Assembly: GCA_038087875.1 (NCBI GenBank)
Contig: CM075977.1
Span: forward strand, 204,352,001-204,416,000
DNA: 64,000 nt
Source of the DNA: Malacoraja senta
Lineage: Eukaryota
Reading direction: 5' to 3'
The notes beneath the pieces are model-generated. The model saw nothing but the letters and a program-made list of their open reading frames with translations. It had not been told where the DNA came from and did not search any database. The position numbers and the translations under genes are program-made. This document shows positions 24,332 to 37,718 of this stretch, piece by piece. Every line of letters begins with the position of its first letter. The first letter of the stretch is position 1.

Positions 24332-25424
24332 CTGCAACCAGAATATGTATTGGGATAGATCACTACTTGTTTTAATGATCACTATATATGGGGATCTAAC
24401 ATTTGGCAGGGTTTCAATTTAATTTCTGAGTCATTACATATAAGTGTTTAAACAATATGGATTAACCATCTAGAGCCAACAGAAAAATAATTTGCAACTG
24501 ACCAGAAAGATAGCCAAAATATTTGTTTTTGGTAACCTTGGATTCATAAATGGATCACAGACTTCACTGTGCACAACCCAGTCTTTCAGTCCCAAATTGA
24601 TTCTTAACTATTCTCAATCATCTGGCCCCAATACAAATCCAGAATTTATTTCCTATGCCTTTGCATTTGTTCTTTATAACATTAGCCTTCCACTATTGAC
24701 ATCCTAAGTAAGATATTGCTTCCAAAAAACAATTACTGTATCCTCCATATTACGTATCACTATTTCCCCAGATGCACAAAGTTTCGGGTCTTGTGTAACC
24801 GCCAATTGGACATCCTTGCTTCTGCCAAATGTATCTCTCATAAACAATGTTGCCAACTAATCTCCATTCATTTACCGTGTCGAAACATGTCCCCTGGTTC
24901 TCCAAAAACAGTTCTTCTCCACCTTTCATTCCCACAATTGGTAATTTATCCATCAGTTAACTGGCCCTGCCCTCTAGTCCTCCCCCCTTCTTTCTGCATT
25001 TTCACCATTTCAACCTTTAAAACCTTCAAGGATAACTTCATAATCAAAGACTGTCCATTCAAAGTTTACTTATTATGCATACAATGACATACAAAGCATG
25101 AGTGAACAATGATAGGTAAAAACGCAATCCGAAATTCAGGATGATACAGTAAAATGATGGCAAAAATGGAGAAATACTCAAAATACAATTAACTAAATCA
25201 ACAACAAATTCTACATCAGCTTATCTAATAATACAAAATACTGTCAATTCTGTTGGGAGGCAAGTAAATGGCGGTGCTGGTATTATTTAGAAAAGTGTAC
25301 CACTTACAGAAAAGCATAATTAGTAACTACAGTCACTGTAACTTGATTATTACTTTAAAATAAACATATAAACAAAAAAAAGTGTGCATTGGAACAGCTC
25401 AAGGAAAAAGATGATACAACCTAC

Positions 25425-25990
25425 CTTGTTATCGTGTCTTCATCAATTGCAACTTTCTGTGCTAAAAGTTTGCTGTTAATTGACAGAACTCCATAGGGTT
25501 TGTCATTTGGCTCAATGATAATTTGGACTTTACTGGGACTTAGCAGCACTGCATCTCCTGTTATTGTATCTTCAAGTAAAACCACCTGAAATGACTCTGC
25601 AATTTCAGGGATAGAATCATTAATAATCAGAAATTTTAGATTTACTTCGTAAACATACGGAGGGAAAATAATGGTCTCGTTTGGCTGGAGATCAATAAAA
25701 TCAGACTGTAACAAGGCATTGGCAGAACCGTTGCCAGTTATTATCTGGTAATTAACAGAAATCAGAACATCGTCAGAACCAATTATTTGTCCATCTTGGT
25801 CCTTCCCCCGAATGACTGGTATGGTTATTACACCAACTGTCTCAGGCACAGTGTACAATGCTTGTGCTAATCGTAATGGGCAATCATTTTTGTTGATTTT
25901 AAGTTGAAAACTACTTTGCGTAGAGTTAATTTCTGCTCCTCCCTCGACACTCGTCAACTGGACAGTGAAAACTTCTTCATTTTCAGGAAT
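25425..25990 (-). CDS. ADGRV1: ADGRV1 exon 7 (566 bp)
   Basis: Within ORF 25421..26002; tctttcag|IPENEEVFTVQL...NDKPYGVLSINSKLLAQKVAIDEDTIT-AG|gtagg (ends phase 2). Confidence 0.97.
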
Positions 25991-26909
25991 CTGAAAGAAC
26001 AAAAGTAATAAGATTTGGACATCGAGCAGGGAAATATGTAAGGATTTGGAAACATTATCTTGTGAATATGATCATAGATGACCTAGATATTATTTAAATA
26101 ATACTCTTCTCCGACAATAAACACCAAAGGAATAGACGATCAGTACATGCCTTCCATTTTTAAAAATCCTTAGAGGGGGATAATGAAACTGCTTAATGCT
26201 GATTATTCCACTGGGTGGTAAGAAACAGCAGCATTCAGGAAAAAGTTACAATTGTTCATAAGCTGGTAGAATATGGCCATGTTAACATTTTCATTTTGAT
26301 TTTTGGCTATGCATATCAGGCATTTGTTTACATCAGGACCCGATTCAATCACTTATTTGAGACGAGGAAGATGATCCATGCTCCAACCACACATATTGGT
26401 TTAATCGCAATAATTAGTTACCGTTTAGGATTAAAATAGGAAATTACTCTGTAATCTGTGAAGACTATTTGAAATCCAATGATAGGAATCCTACTCCAGT
26501 GTACAAGTATGACGTGTGATGGGGTGCAGATTCATTTAGCATTTAAAGGTAGAGCCCAGTTTTCTTGCATGCTTTTGAAAATGTTATTCAATTTGTACAC
26601 AATTCATCCCAGTTCTATTGGTTAATCAAAATAATCAGAAAGCCAGCACCTTTTGTAAAAAGGTATTCAACTTCCACAGAAATGTGTGATCAGAGTTAAT
26701 AAATCATTTCAAATAGAATAGAACATAATTCTCTCTGGAACCAGTAAAACCTACCCAATAGACTAAATTCAGCTCTAGTTTTTAGATGATTCTAGTACAT
26801 TTTTTATCTCTTACAGAAGGCCTGTTGCTCAAAGCAGCTTCAAGTGCAAACATATTTGACTGACTTCCTGTGTCTTCTGTTTTAATAAAGAAGATTCATT
26901 TCTTTATTT

Positions 26910-29368
26910 GAGGGTGCTGAGGAAGAGGATTTCTTGGAATGTATGCGGGATAGTTATCTAAACCAACATGTAGAGGAACCAACGAGGGAGCAGGCTATTC
27001 TAGACTGGGTATTGAGTAATGAGGAAGGGTTAGTTAGCAGTCTTGTTGTGCGTGCCCCCTTGGGCAAGAGTGACCATAATATGGTTGAGTTCTTCATTAG
27101 GATGGAGAGTGACATTGTTAATTCAGAAACAATGGTTCTGAACTCAAAGAAAGGTAACTTTGAGGGTATGAGACGTGAATTGGCCAAGATTGACTGGCAA
27201 TTAGTTCTAAAAGGGTTGACGGTGGATATGCAATGGAAGGCATTTAAAGACTGCATGGATGAACTACAAAAATTGTTCATCCCAGTTTGGCAAAAGAATA
27301 AATCAGGGAAGGTAGTGCATCCGTGGATAACAAGGGAAATCAGGGATAGTATCAAAACAAAAGATGATGCGTACAAATTAGCCAGAAAAAGCAGCATACC
27401 AGAGGACTGGGAGAAATTCAGAGACCAGCAGAGGAGGACAAAGGGCTTAATTAGGAAAGGGAAAATAGATTATGAAAGAAAACTGGCAGGGAACATAAAA
27501 ACTGACTGCAAAAGGTTTTATAGATATGTGAAGAGAAAGAGATTAGTTAAAACAAATGTAGGTCCCTTGCAGTCAGAAACAGGTGAATTGATCATGGGGG
27601 ACAAGGATATGGCGGAACAATTGAATAACTGCTTTGGTTCCGTCTTCACTAAGGAAGACATAAATAATCTGCCGGAAATAGCAGGGGACCGCGGGTCAAA
27701 GGAGATGGAGGAACTGAGTGAAATCCAGGTTAGTCGGGAAGTGGTGTTGGGTAAATTGAATGGATTAAAGGCCGATAAATCACCAGGGCCAGATAGGCTG
27801 CATCCCAGAGTACTTAAGGAAGTAGCTCCAGAAATAGTGGATGCATTAGTGATAATTTTTCAAAACTCTTTAGATTCTGGAGTAGTTCCTGAGGATTGGA
27901 GGGTAGAAAATGTAACCCCACTTTTTAAGAAGGGAGGGAGAGAGAAAACAGGGAATTACAGACCAGTTAGTCTAACATCGGTGTGGGGAAACTGCTAGAG
28001 TCAGTTATTAAAGATGGGATAGCAGCACATTTGGAAAGTGGTGAAATCATTGGACAAAGTCAGCATGGATTTACGAAAGGTAAATCATGTCTGACGAATC
28101 TTATAGAATCTTTCGAGGATGTAACTAGTAGAGTGGATAGGGGAGAACCAGTGGATGTGTTGTATCTGGACTTTCAGAAGGCTTTCGACAAGGTCCCACA
28201 TAAGAGATTAGTATACATACTTAATGCACACGGTATTGGGGGTTCAGTATTGATGTGGATAGATAACTGGCTGGCAAACAGGAAGCAAAGAGTAGGAGTA
28301 AACGGGTCCTTTTCACAATGGCAGGCAGTGACTAGTGGGGTACCGCAAGGCTCAGTGCTGGGACACCAGCTATTTACAATTTATATTAATGAGCTGGATG
28401 AGGGAATTGAAGGCAACATCTCCAAGTTTGCGGATGACACTAAGCTGGGGGGGGGGCAGTGTTAGCTGTGAGGAGGATGCTAGGAGACTGCAAGGTGACT
28501 TGGATAGGCTGGGTGAGTGGGCAAATGTTTGGCAGATGCAGTATAATGTGGATAAATGTGAGGTTATCCACTTTGGTGGCAAAAACAGGAAAGCGGACTA
28601 TTATCTAAATGGTGGCCGATTAGGAAAAGGGGAGATGCAGCGAGACCTGGGTGTCATGGTACACCAGTCATTGAAAGTAGGCATGCAGGTGCAGCAGGCA
28701 GTGAAGAAAGCGAATGGTATGTTAGCTTTCATTGCAAAAGGATTTGAGTATAGGAGCAGGGAGGTTCTACTGCAGTTGTACAGGGTCTTGGTGAGACCAC
28801 ACCTGGAGTATTGCGTACAGTTTTGGTCTCCAAATCTGAGGAAGGACATTATAGCCATAGAGGGAGTGCAGAGAAGGTTCACCAGACTGATTCCTGGGAT
28901 GTCAGGACTTTCATATGAAGAACGATTGGATAGACTTGGCTTATACTCGCTAGAATTTAGGAGATTGAGAGGGGATCTTATAGAAACGTACACAATTCTT
29001 ATGGGGTTGGACAGGCTAGATGCAGGAAGATTGTTCCCGATGTTGGGGAAGTCCAGGACAAGGGGTCACAGCTTAAGGATAAGGGGGAAATCCTTTAAGA
29101 CCGAGATGAGAAAAAACTTTTTCACACAGAGAGTGGTGAATCTCTGGAACTCTCTGCCACAGAGGGTAGTTGAGGCCAGTTCATTGGCTATATTTAAGAG
29201 GGAGTTAGATGTGGCCCTTGTGGCTAAAGGGATCAGGGGGTATGGAGAGAAGGCAGGTACGGGATACTGAGTTGGATGATCAGCCATGATCATATTGAAT
29301 GGCGGTGCAGGCTCGAAGGGCCGAATGGCCTACTTCTGCACCTATTTTCTATGTATCTATGTATCTAT
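26910..29368 (+). mobile_element. CR1 LINE, about 2.5 kb, 5'-truncated, two frameshifts
   Basis: Overlapping ORFs 26934..27998, 27983..28465 and 28335..29270 (endonuclease C-terminus [21 protein letters not shown]); (ctatgtat)n tail. Confidence 0.95.
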
Positions 29369-30216
29369 TTATTTAAAATCACTTTAAAAAAATCAGATGG
29401 GCCATATTAAATGGATATCACAAGCATTCACCTGCTTTATCAGCAACAGGAATTTTAAGCTTTAGATATTTAATCCTTGAGCTCTGGTCGGCTTCTTGCA
29501 CCATGTTAGCACATTCAGCAAAAGGAGATCAGAAAATCTGCCATACAACTGCCCCTCTATGGCACCCAAAGTCAGACAAGGTTTAGTGATGGAAACATTT
29601 ACAAATGTTCTAATGAAAGTACATTGATGCCTGGAAATTCAGTTCCACAGCTGTTTTTCTTTCAGCATTATGCAGTTTGGAATTTCATCCCCAGAGTTAA
29701 CACAATAACAACCACTTCCAATGATTTCATACTACACTCAAAGTTTGACCATACACTGTCATGTTTCACCTTTGTGTTTCTGTGGAATAACCGCACTAGA
29801 GCCAAAATTGGTAACACCATATCCTGTGGAGTACTGCACTGGAACTTGGAGTACAATTCACAGAGGTCACCTTTCAGTTATGGTCCGATCAGTCATACTC
29901 CACCAGCATGGAACAGAAAGGCTGGCAGTTATATGAATAGCTTATCGACATCCTTAAGGTCCTCACCGCAGGTCTAAGAAACTCCTGACAAATAATCACA
30001 TAACTCCAGTGCTCCCACCCAAATCCCCTAGATCTCACTCTGCTGCCCATTCTAATCCTCTATAAGTCAGTCCTGATCCATTCTAACCACGTTCTCCTCC
30101 ACTCCCACGCCATCCACGTAACCTGCTGCTTCTGAACTCTCCTCACCCGAGTTGACTATTTACCCTACCGCCAACCCTAACCTCATCAAGTATCAAGTAT
30201 CAAGTATCCTTTATTG

Positions 30217-30218
<2 letters not shown>

Positions 30219-30292
<74 letters not shown>

Positions 30293-31434
30293 TTTTTAGA
30301 AGTACGGTAGATTACAGTAATGTACAACACGTATATATTAATACATTTTTTGTACCGCTTCATTTTTTTAAACTTTAAGAAAGAAAAAGAAAGAAGTAAG
30401 AAAAGTGAAGAAAGTGCGCAAAGGTTGTGAAGTGCAAAAGAGTGTTGGGAAAAGAAAGCCCCTTAGAAAAGAGGTTAGAGAAGGAAGTAAAGTTAGAAAA
30501 TAGACCCTAGAAAAAAAAAGAGAAAGAAAGAAGGAACAATCGCTCTATTATAACTCTTATACCATACTTCATAGAGAAGGAACTACCAACCAAGTCTGTT
30601 TTTATTTTACCTCCCATTACCAGGTCCAGATACCTTTTATTTATTTATTTGTTTTTCTAAATTACTATTGCACCTCATGCTTGTAATAGGTCCAAAAACG
30701 TAGACCACGTCTTTTGAAATTGATCTACTTTACCTACTAGGAGGAATCTCATCTCTTCCAGATGTAATGTTTCCAACATATTTGATGTCCACATTTTTAT
30801 TGTTGGTGTGGGCGCATTTTTCCAGAATTTAAGTATAAGCTTTTTTCCCATTATTAGCCCATAATTGAGTAAATTCTTCTGATACACGTTTAATTCAGGA
30901 ATACCTTCCGATATTCCAAAAATAATCCATTCTGGTTTTGGTACCAGTTTTATTTTGATTAATTTTGAAAAAATATCAAATATTTCAAACCAGAATTTTT
31001 GGATTTTTGTACAAAAAACAAAAGAATGTGCTATGGTAGCTTCTTGACATATACATTTATCACAGATTGGTGAGACGTTAGGAAAGATTTTATTTAGTTT
31101 GGTTTTTGAATAATATAATCTATGTAATGTTTTAAATTGGATAAGCGTATGTCGTACGTTGATCGAGCATTTATGCACCTGTAATAAATGATTATCCCAA
31201 CTCTCTTTTGAAATTTTTATACCTAGATCTTGTTCCCAATCTCTTCTAATTCCATCTGTTGTGGGTATTTCTATATTTAAGATGATATTATATAAGTATG
31301 ATATTAAATTAACTGATTCCGCCTTTGTCTTCATTGCTTCATCTAGTAAGTCGGAAGGCATATTATAATAATCTTTTGTGTGTGTTTTCAAATAGTCACA
31401 GATTTGTATATATTTAAAATATTGATTATTTTTC
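30219..31434 (-). mobile_element. 5'-truncated L1-clade LINE with a poly(A) tail of about 70 nt and a 16-bp TSD
   Basis: ORF 30675..31391 with QFKTLHRLY and C..C.......H....C zinc-knuckle motif; poly-T at about 30219-30289; TSD agtatcctttattgtc at 30203-30218 and 31435-31450. Confidence 0.92.
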
Positions 31435-31450
31435 AGTATCCTTTATTGTC

Positions 31451-32217
31451 AATCAGACTTTTCAGACTGAACGAAATTTCGTGCCTTGCAGTCATAACAT
31501 AGAATAAAATAACAAAACACACAATAAACACAGATTTAACATCCACCACAGGGAGTCCACCAGGCACCTCCTCACTGTGATGGAAGGCAAAAATCTTCAA
31601 GTCCTTGTCTCTTCCCTCCTTGTTCTCCATCTGCGCTGAGGCGATCCAGGCCCCGCCGGGTGATGGTAAGCAAGTCCCGCGGCTGAATCAGAGCTCCGCG
31701 AATGGGCCGGTTCAAACTCCGCGGCCTGGGGAAAAACAGGTCACCAACCTGTGACCTGCGAGCTCCCGACGATGTCGTCCACTGGGCCCGCGGCCGAGCC
31801 TCTGAGGCTCCGAAGTCGGGTCGCCTCCGCCGCAATGCCACCACAGCCCCGAAGTCGGGTCGCCGCCACTGTAACGCCACCACAGCACCGAAGTCGGCCA
31901 GCCTCGCGTTGGTAAGTCCTGGCTGGCTCTGCCTCTGGAGCCTCGAGGTCGGTCCCAGTTGGAGGCCGCCAGATCCGCCATTAGGCCTCAGCGCAGACGG
32001 AGATGGAGACGGGTGATACGACAAGAAAAGTTCGCATCCCCCTGAAGGAAGAGACCAAAAACATGTTTCTCCCACCCCCCCCCCCCACACACACACACAT
32101 ACACAACCTAAATAAACTAAAATTAACTAAAACAGAACAAAAGAAAACAAAAAAAAGAAAAAAAGACAGACAGACTGCAGGCGAGCCGCAGCTGCGAGGG
32201 CAGCGCCACCACTTCCG
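31451..32217 (-). mobile_element. CpG-rich non-autonomous retroelement whose 3' tail, (caagtat)n at 30187-30207, was split off by the L1
   Basis: Removing the L1 restores ...ctgattgacAATAAAggatacttgatacttgatacttg; internal 30-bp tandem units (ccgaagtcgggtcgcc...). Confidence 0.7.
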
Positions 32218-32613
32218 AATCCCATATTAGTCTGAGCCTCCAATCACCAGTGCAGCAATCACTTCCTTCCACTCACGCACCATCAAAACCTAACTTCTGA
32301 TCAACCCCCCTTCTCCCATCGTTCACCATCAGCACCCCATCCCTCCATCAGAACCACATGCCCAATTGGAACACAACCATGATGTGCTGAGGAAAGTCAA
32401 GTTAAGAGTCAAGAAAGTCAAGCCATTTGGATCAATTTCATTTGAGAAAATGCAAAACTCAATCTTTTGCCATTGAGGGAATTGGATGAGGTTGCCAAAG
32501 GCCAATATTTTCATTAACACCGTTACATTTACACCATTCCAGCACACCCAAACGCTGCATTCGAATTTACAGGGATCTGTATGCCTAAAGTAAAAAGATT
32601 TATTTATTTTTAA

Positions 32614-33709
32614 TCTGTACATAACTAAAACTAATCTTGTGCTTTTCCGGTTTGCGTGGTTTTTCTATTTGCGAATAAACGGTACACGATAGCGCTACGA
32701 TTTTTCGCCACCTTACTCACCATTCTCCTGTGCTCAAGTGCAACAAATTTTGTTCCGATCGATGGTAGTTTAAAAGTTATAAAGGTTTAAAAATCTTAGA
32801 AACCTCGCATGCACAGATTGGCCTCCTCTCCTGCCAGTTACCGCCACGCAGACTGATCTCCTCTCCTGTTAGTCACCCGAGACGTACCATCACCACACTG
32901 ATTGGCTGGGTCCGCTGTCACTCACCAGGGGGGGAACAAGAATAAAGCTGAAGGAGCGGAGCAAACAGAGGGGGGGGGGAATGGGGGAGGTGAGAAGGAA
33001 GAGTGGTGGGGATGGGAGGAGGTGAGGAGTGGGTGAGGTAGGCGATAGAGGGATAGGAGGGGGGTAGGGAGGCGAGAGTCGTTATGGAGGGAGTGACTGA
33101 GGGTAGGGGAAAGGAGAAGGAGGAAGCGGTGAGGAAAGGATTGGGGAGGGGAGTGGGGAAAGATCCTGGGAAGGGAGAGTGGGGGGATTGAGGGAGAGGA
33201 GGGAGAGAAGGGGTAGGGAGGAAGAGGGGGGAAAGTGGGGGAGGTGAGGAGGGAGTGTGGGGGAGGAGGGGGAATAGAGGGAGAGGAGCGGGAGTGGGGA
33301 AGGTAGTGAGTGGGGAATAGAGGGCGAGGAGGGCAATGGGGGAGGTCAAGAGGGATAGTGGGGGGATAGGGGGTGGTGGGGGATAGAGGGATTGGAGGGG
33401 GTAGGGTGGGGAGATGAGTTATGGAGGGAGGGAGTGACTGAGGGTAGGGGAAAGGAGAGGTGAGGGAGGGGTTGGGGGAAGGAAAGAAGAGGGAGGATTA
33501 AGAGGAGGGGAGGGAGTGCTAGGGAATGAGGGGAAATGAGCCGTGCCCGCGCAGTTAGGGGCTATGGGTGTGTGGTAGAATATTGTGTTGGGGGATCAGG
33601 TTGCGTTGGAGGAACGGGTGAGTGGTGGAATATTGCGTTGGGGAAAGGGTTGCGTTGGGGGACCAGGCCTCCAGTGCGTCTGCGACCAAACGAGTCCCAC
33701 TTAGTTTAG
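32614..33709 (+). mobile_element. Non-autonomous Helitron-like element with an internal G/A-rich tract
   Basis: A|TCtgtacataactaaaa 5' end; degenerate hairpin (gcgacc...gtccc) shortly before a ttag|T 3' end; no TSD; purine tract about 32960-33540. Confidence 0.6.
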
Positions 33710-34110
33710 TGCTTTATAAAATTATCATTTATTTTCCTAAGCATGAAAGAACCACAATCAACTTCCTCAACACTAAACTCCATCCAAGTAAATGGTATCC
33801 AGTTTCCAACTGAGCTTGTGGTCACTGAAGCAGAATCTGCCAAAATTACAGCAGCAGATGGTAGTTCCTGAGACCATAGGCTTCCAAAATACATGGCACA
33901 GAACCATTTCACTTAACATGGAAACATAAAAAATTGATGCAGGAGTAGTCCATTCGACCTTCGAGCCAGCACCATCACTCAATATGATCATGGCTGATCA
34001 TCCAGAATCAGTACCCCATTCCTGCCTTCTCCCCATATTTCCCCAATTCCGTTAGCCCTAAGAGCTATATCCAACTCTCTCTTGAATACTTGGTGAAGAA
34101 TATCTCTCAC

Positions 34111-34224
34111 CTGATCGTCTAAAATGGTAAGGTTATATTCGACTACTGCTCTCCCAGGAGGAAGAACAATTGTTCCTTTTGCTGGACTGATGTCTTCCTC
34201 TGCAGAATTTGGACCTGCCGTAAT
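34111..34224 (-). CDS. ADGRV1: ADGRV1 exon 6 (114 bp)
   Basis: actggcag|ITAGPNSAEEDISPAKGTIVLPPGRAVVEYNLTILDDQ|gtgag. Confidence 0.94.
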
Positions 34225-34905
34225 CTGCCAGTGAAATCACAATAAAACAATTATAAACAAATCAGTTCTTTACACACATTAAGAAATATTTCATGAAGAT
34301 GACATTGCAACTGGGAATAGATAACTTGTCCTGCAATGTTCTGTTTATTTAGTTCAGTTCAGTTTAGTTTATTGTCATGTGCTAACCAGTCAACGGAAAC
34401 ACAATACATTATTACAATTGAGCCATTGTAATGTTTGGTCACACCAATGCTGGTAAACATCAGCATCATGTTCGGTACAGACGTTGTGGCCGAAGGACTC
34501 GTTCCTGTGGTATATGTTCTATGTTCAATCCTATCTGCTGGTGGGCACTTGGTAAAATACACAGATTAGTGATGTGAGTGGATAACTTGGGGAGGGCAGG
34601 GAGAATAAATTTGAATTAATAAAAATGAGGAAAAGGGACAACTACAAATATACAGGGTATTATCAGTTGAGTTGCAAATGATTATAAAAACCCAAATAAG
34701 TTGATGCAATAGCCCAACATTGAGAATTAGTATTTTGATTGGAACTTCAATTGTAATGCCAGATTTCAAAAATGCAAGTAAACTTATGCAAATCATATCA
34801 TTTTTCGACCATTTTATCATTTATATACTGTATTTATACTCGAACACATACCTCTTTCCCACTCAGTCAGGAGGTTATGAGTTAAGACACACTCAAGAAC
34901 TTTTC

Positions 34906-35225
34906 TTTAGTTTAGAGATACAGCATGGAAACGGGCTTTTCAGCCCCGAGTCAACGCTGACTATGGATCACTCGTTCACATTCGTTCTTTGTTTTTTTCC
35001 ACTTTCTCATCCACTCCCTACACATTACGGGCATTTTTACAGAGGCCAATTAAAAACACACACGTCTTTGGGATGTGGAAGAAAACCAGAGCACCCAGAG
35101 GAAACCCACAGGGTCACACAGAGAACGTACAAACTCCACACGGATAGCACCCGAGGTCAGGATCAAACCAAGATCTCTGGTGTTGTGAGGCAGCAATTCT
35201 ACCAACTGCGCCAATGCGGCGCCCC
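34906..35225 (-). mobile_element. tRNA-derived V-SINE (HE1-like)
   Basis: A/B-box-like head, V domain (ggagtttgtacgttct...gggtttcctc...), aaact tail. Confidence 0.8.
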
Positions 35226-36362
35226 AAACTCGTGAAGACATTCTGGACTGAAGTTTTTAGTGTGTTCTTGGAGGGGGAAAAAAACTAGCCTGCTCTGTTA
35301 TATCTGCATTATAGTACTTCCAAAACAAATTAATATTTTTGTGATACATGTTTTTTCATCTGTTTATTATTATAGATTATAAATAATCAAATTGTCAGGA
35401 TAGGAATTATGTAATCTTTATCCATTATGGTCTATTTGCATTTCAAATCACACAGCAATGTGGTGGACTCTTAACTGTCCTCAATGTGTAACAATTTGGA
35501 TTTAGAACTAACCTTTCTGACAGTAACAGTCTGAAAATGACCCAATTATTTGCATTCTCTTTTGTCCTTTAACCATCCACTAATTCGGTCTCCCTCCAAT
35601 CCCTTGTGTTTGCATTTAATTTAACTTTTTTTTTAAATCGTATCTTATCAAATGCCTTTTCAAGGCATTAAGGCATTTATAAATATTATATCAATTGTTT
35701 CCCCCTTCATCTGCACTACGAGAACATACCTCCTAAAATTGGATAATATGGGTCACTTAGTAGTTAAATTACTGGATTACTATCCAGAGGCCTGAATAAT
35801 TGATGTGGAGACACAAGTGTAAATCCCATATGCACTAGTGATGGGAACCACATACAAAGAAAAAAAGATTGTCAGGAAAGGAATTCTGTCATCCGCATCC
35901 ATTTTGATCTATATGTGTCCCAAGACCCACAGCAATGCAGTTGACTCTTAACTGCCCTCAGTCATAACAATTTGGAATGAATGTTAAACTGGCAGTGACA
36001 TCTTCATAGTGTCTGAAAAATAAATAATAATTAGATCCTCAAATTCCATTACTTGTGTTAAGATTTTCAAGGAAGGTTTTGGTGAAAGGAATAAAACACT
36101 GCATTGATGGAGGTGCTATGTTTTAAATCTTTTTGATTAAACTAAGGTGTTCAGGTAGCTCCTTTTCTAGTGGAAATATTCAAACATATCAATTCAAAGA
36201 GCAAAACCATGAAACTAATCAATCTTTAAGCCGGATGGCTGCCTAATCATAAAAGTTGTGTTCTATTTAATTAACTACTTTAAATCAGCTAATGGCACTG
36301 GACCAAATGCTGGGCTCTGGTAATAAGCCAAGATGAAAATGAAGTAATCTGATATCCCTTAC

Positions 36363-36467
36363 CTCAAAGGTCACAGTTACGGTCCCATAGGTTCCTTTCT
36401 TTCTGATTAGTATGAGCAGGACAAGTTCTTTTCTCTCCCTTGCTTCACTGACAATGATTGTGGAAGA
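36363..36467 (-). CDS. ADGRV1: ADGRV1 exon 5 (105 bp)
   Basis: tcccacag|SSTIIVSEARERKELVLLILIRKKGTYGTVTVTFE|gtaag. Confidence 0.94.
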
Positions 36468-37224
36468 CTGTGGGAGAGACAGAAAATATTATTTCAGCAA
36501 TATACCTCAGCATGAAGAACATTGACAGATTAATAACCCTGACAACATCAATCTCTTACAGACAAATAAATCTAATTTGCAAAGCCTTTCAACGAATTCT
36601 TTATTATATGGGAAAGAATCTTTGCTGAAATCAACCAATTTGTTGAAAAATATGTTGGGTTACAAAGTTCAGAGAACCAGTGTTTAATATAAAAAAAGAC
36701 TGATGACAGAAATTGCATTTGGATTGCCCTTTAATTTCTGTGTCAATGCTTAATTTCTTACGTTCTAAAAACAATTCTTGTAAAATTGAAATGTTCATTA
36801 TTAACAAGAATGGGAAATTCACAACTAAGTCACCAAATAAAGTTGGTTTAACTTAATCTAAACGTTAAGAATTACAACATGCAAGTAATTAGGACTGGGC
36901 ATGCAATTTATATTTATTCATAACAGGAATGCAGCAAAGCATGCTTTTTCACCGTGAAATATTCAGCATTCAAAATGAAATTGTTCAAGGATATCATGGT
37001 TCCCTTTACTTAGTATCAGATGATACACAGCTGCAAAGACTCAATTAAAAAAACTCACGACAGATACATCTTGAAATTCTGTCAATTCTTCAGATTCTTG
37101 CCGTCCATTTTTGAAATCTTTTCCTGCAATGCTAGTCTCTCCACCATGCTTATCCATTGTAGGTAAAGTTGCCAATTGAAGGCTTCATTCTGATTAAATC
37201 ATCCAAGACCGGTAACATGGCAGA

Positions 37225-37718
37225 GGATGCAGAGGAGGTTTACCATGCAGCAGGTTTAGGAATAATGGCTGGATTACGGGCTATTAGCTCCAGGGAGAGG
37301 TTGGACAGACTTTGATTGTTTTCTCTGGAATGCCAGAGTTTGCAGGGAGACCTGATAGAAGTATATAAAATTATGAGAGGCATAGATTAGGTAGACAGTC
37401 AGAATTTGTTTCTCAGGATGGAAAAAATCAAATACTAGATGGCATAGCTATAAGGTGAGAGGGGCAAAGTTTAAAGGAAATATGCAGGGCAATTGTTTTT
37501 TTTACACACAGAGGGTGGTAAGTACCTGGAACATGCTGCAAGGGGTGGTGGTTGAAGCTGATACAATAGTGGTATTTAAGAGACTTATGGAAAGGCATGT
37601 GGATATGTAGGGAATGGCGGAATATGGGTTATGTGCAGATAGATAAGCATGGTCTTGGCATCATTCAGCACAGACATTGTGGGCCGAAGGGCCTGTTCTT
37701 GTGCTGTACTGTTCTATA
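37225..37718 (+). mobile_element. Old CR1 3' fragment
   Basis: Similar to 23298-23780. Confidence 0.8.

Noticed and set aside
29624-29977. 117-aa ORF and overlapping short ORFs
   Set aside because: No recognisable domain or splice support; consistent with chance
32918-33349. Proline/serine-rich ORFs
   Set aside because: Translation of a low-complexity purine/pyrimidine tract
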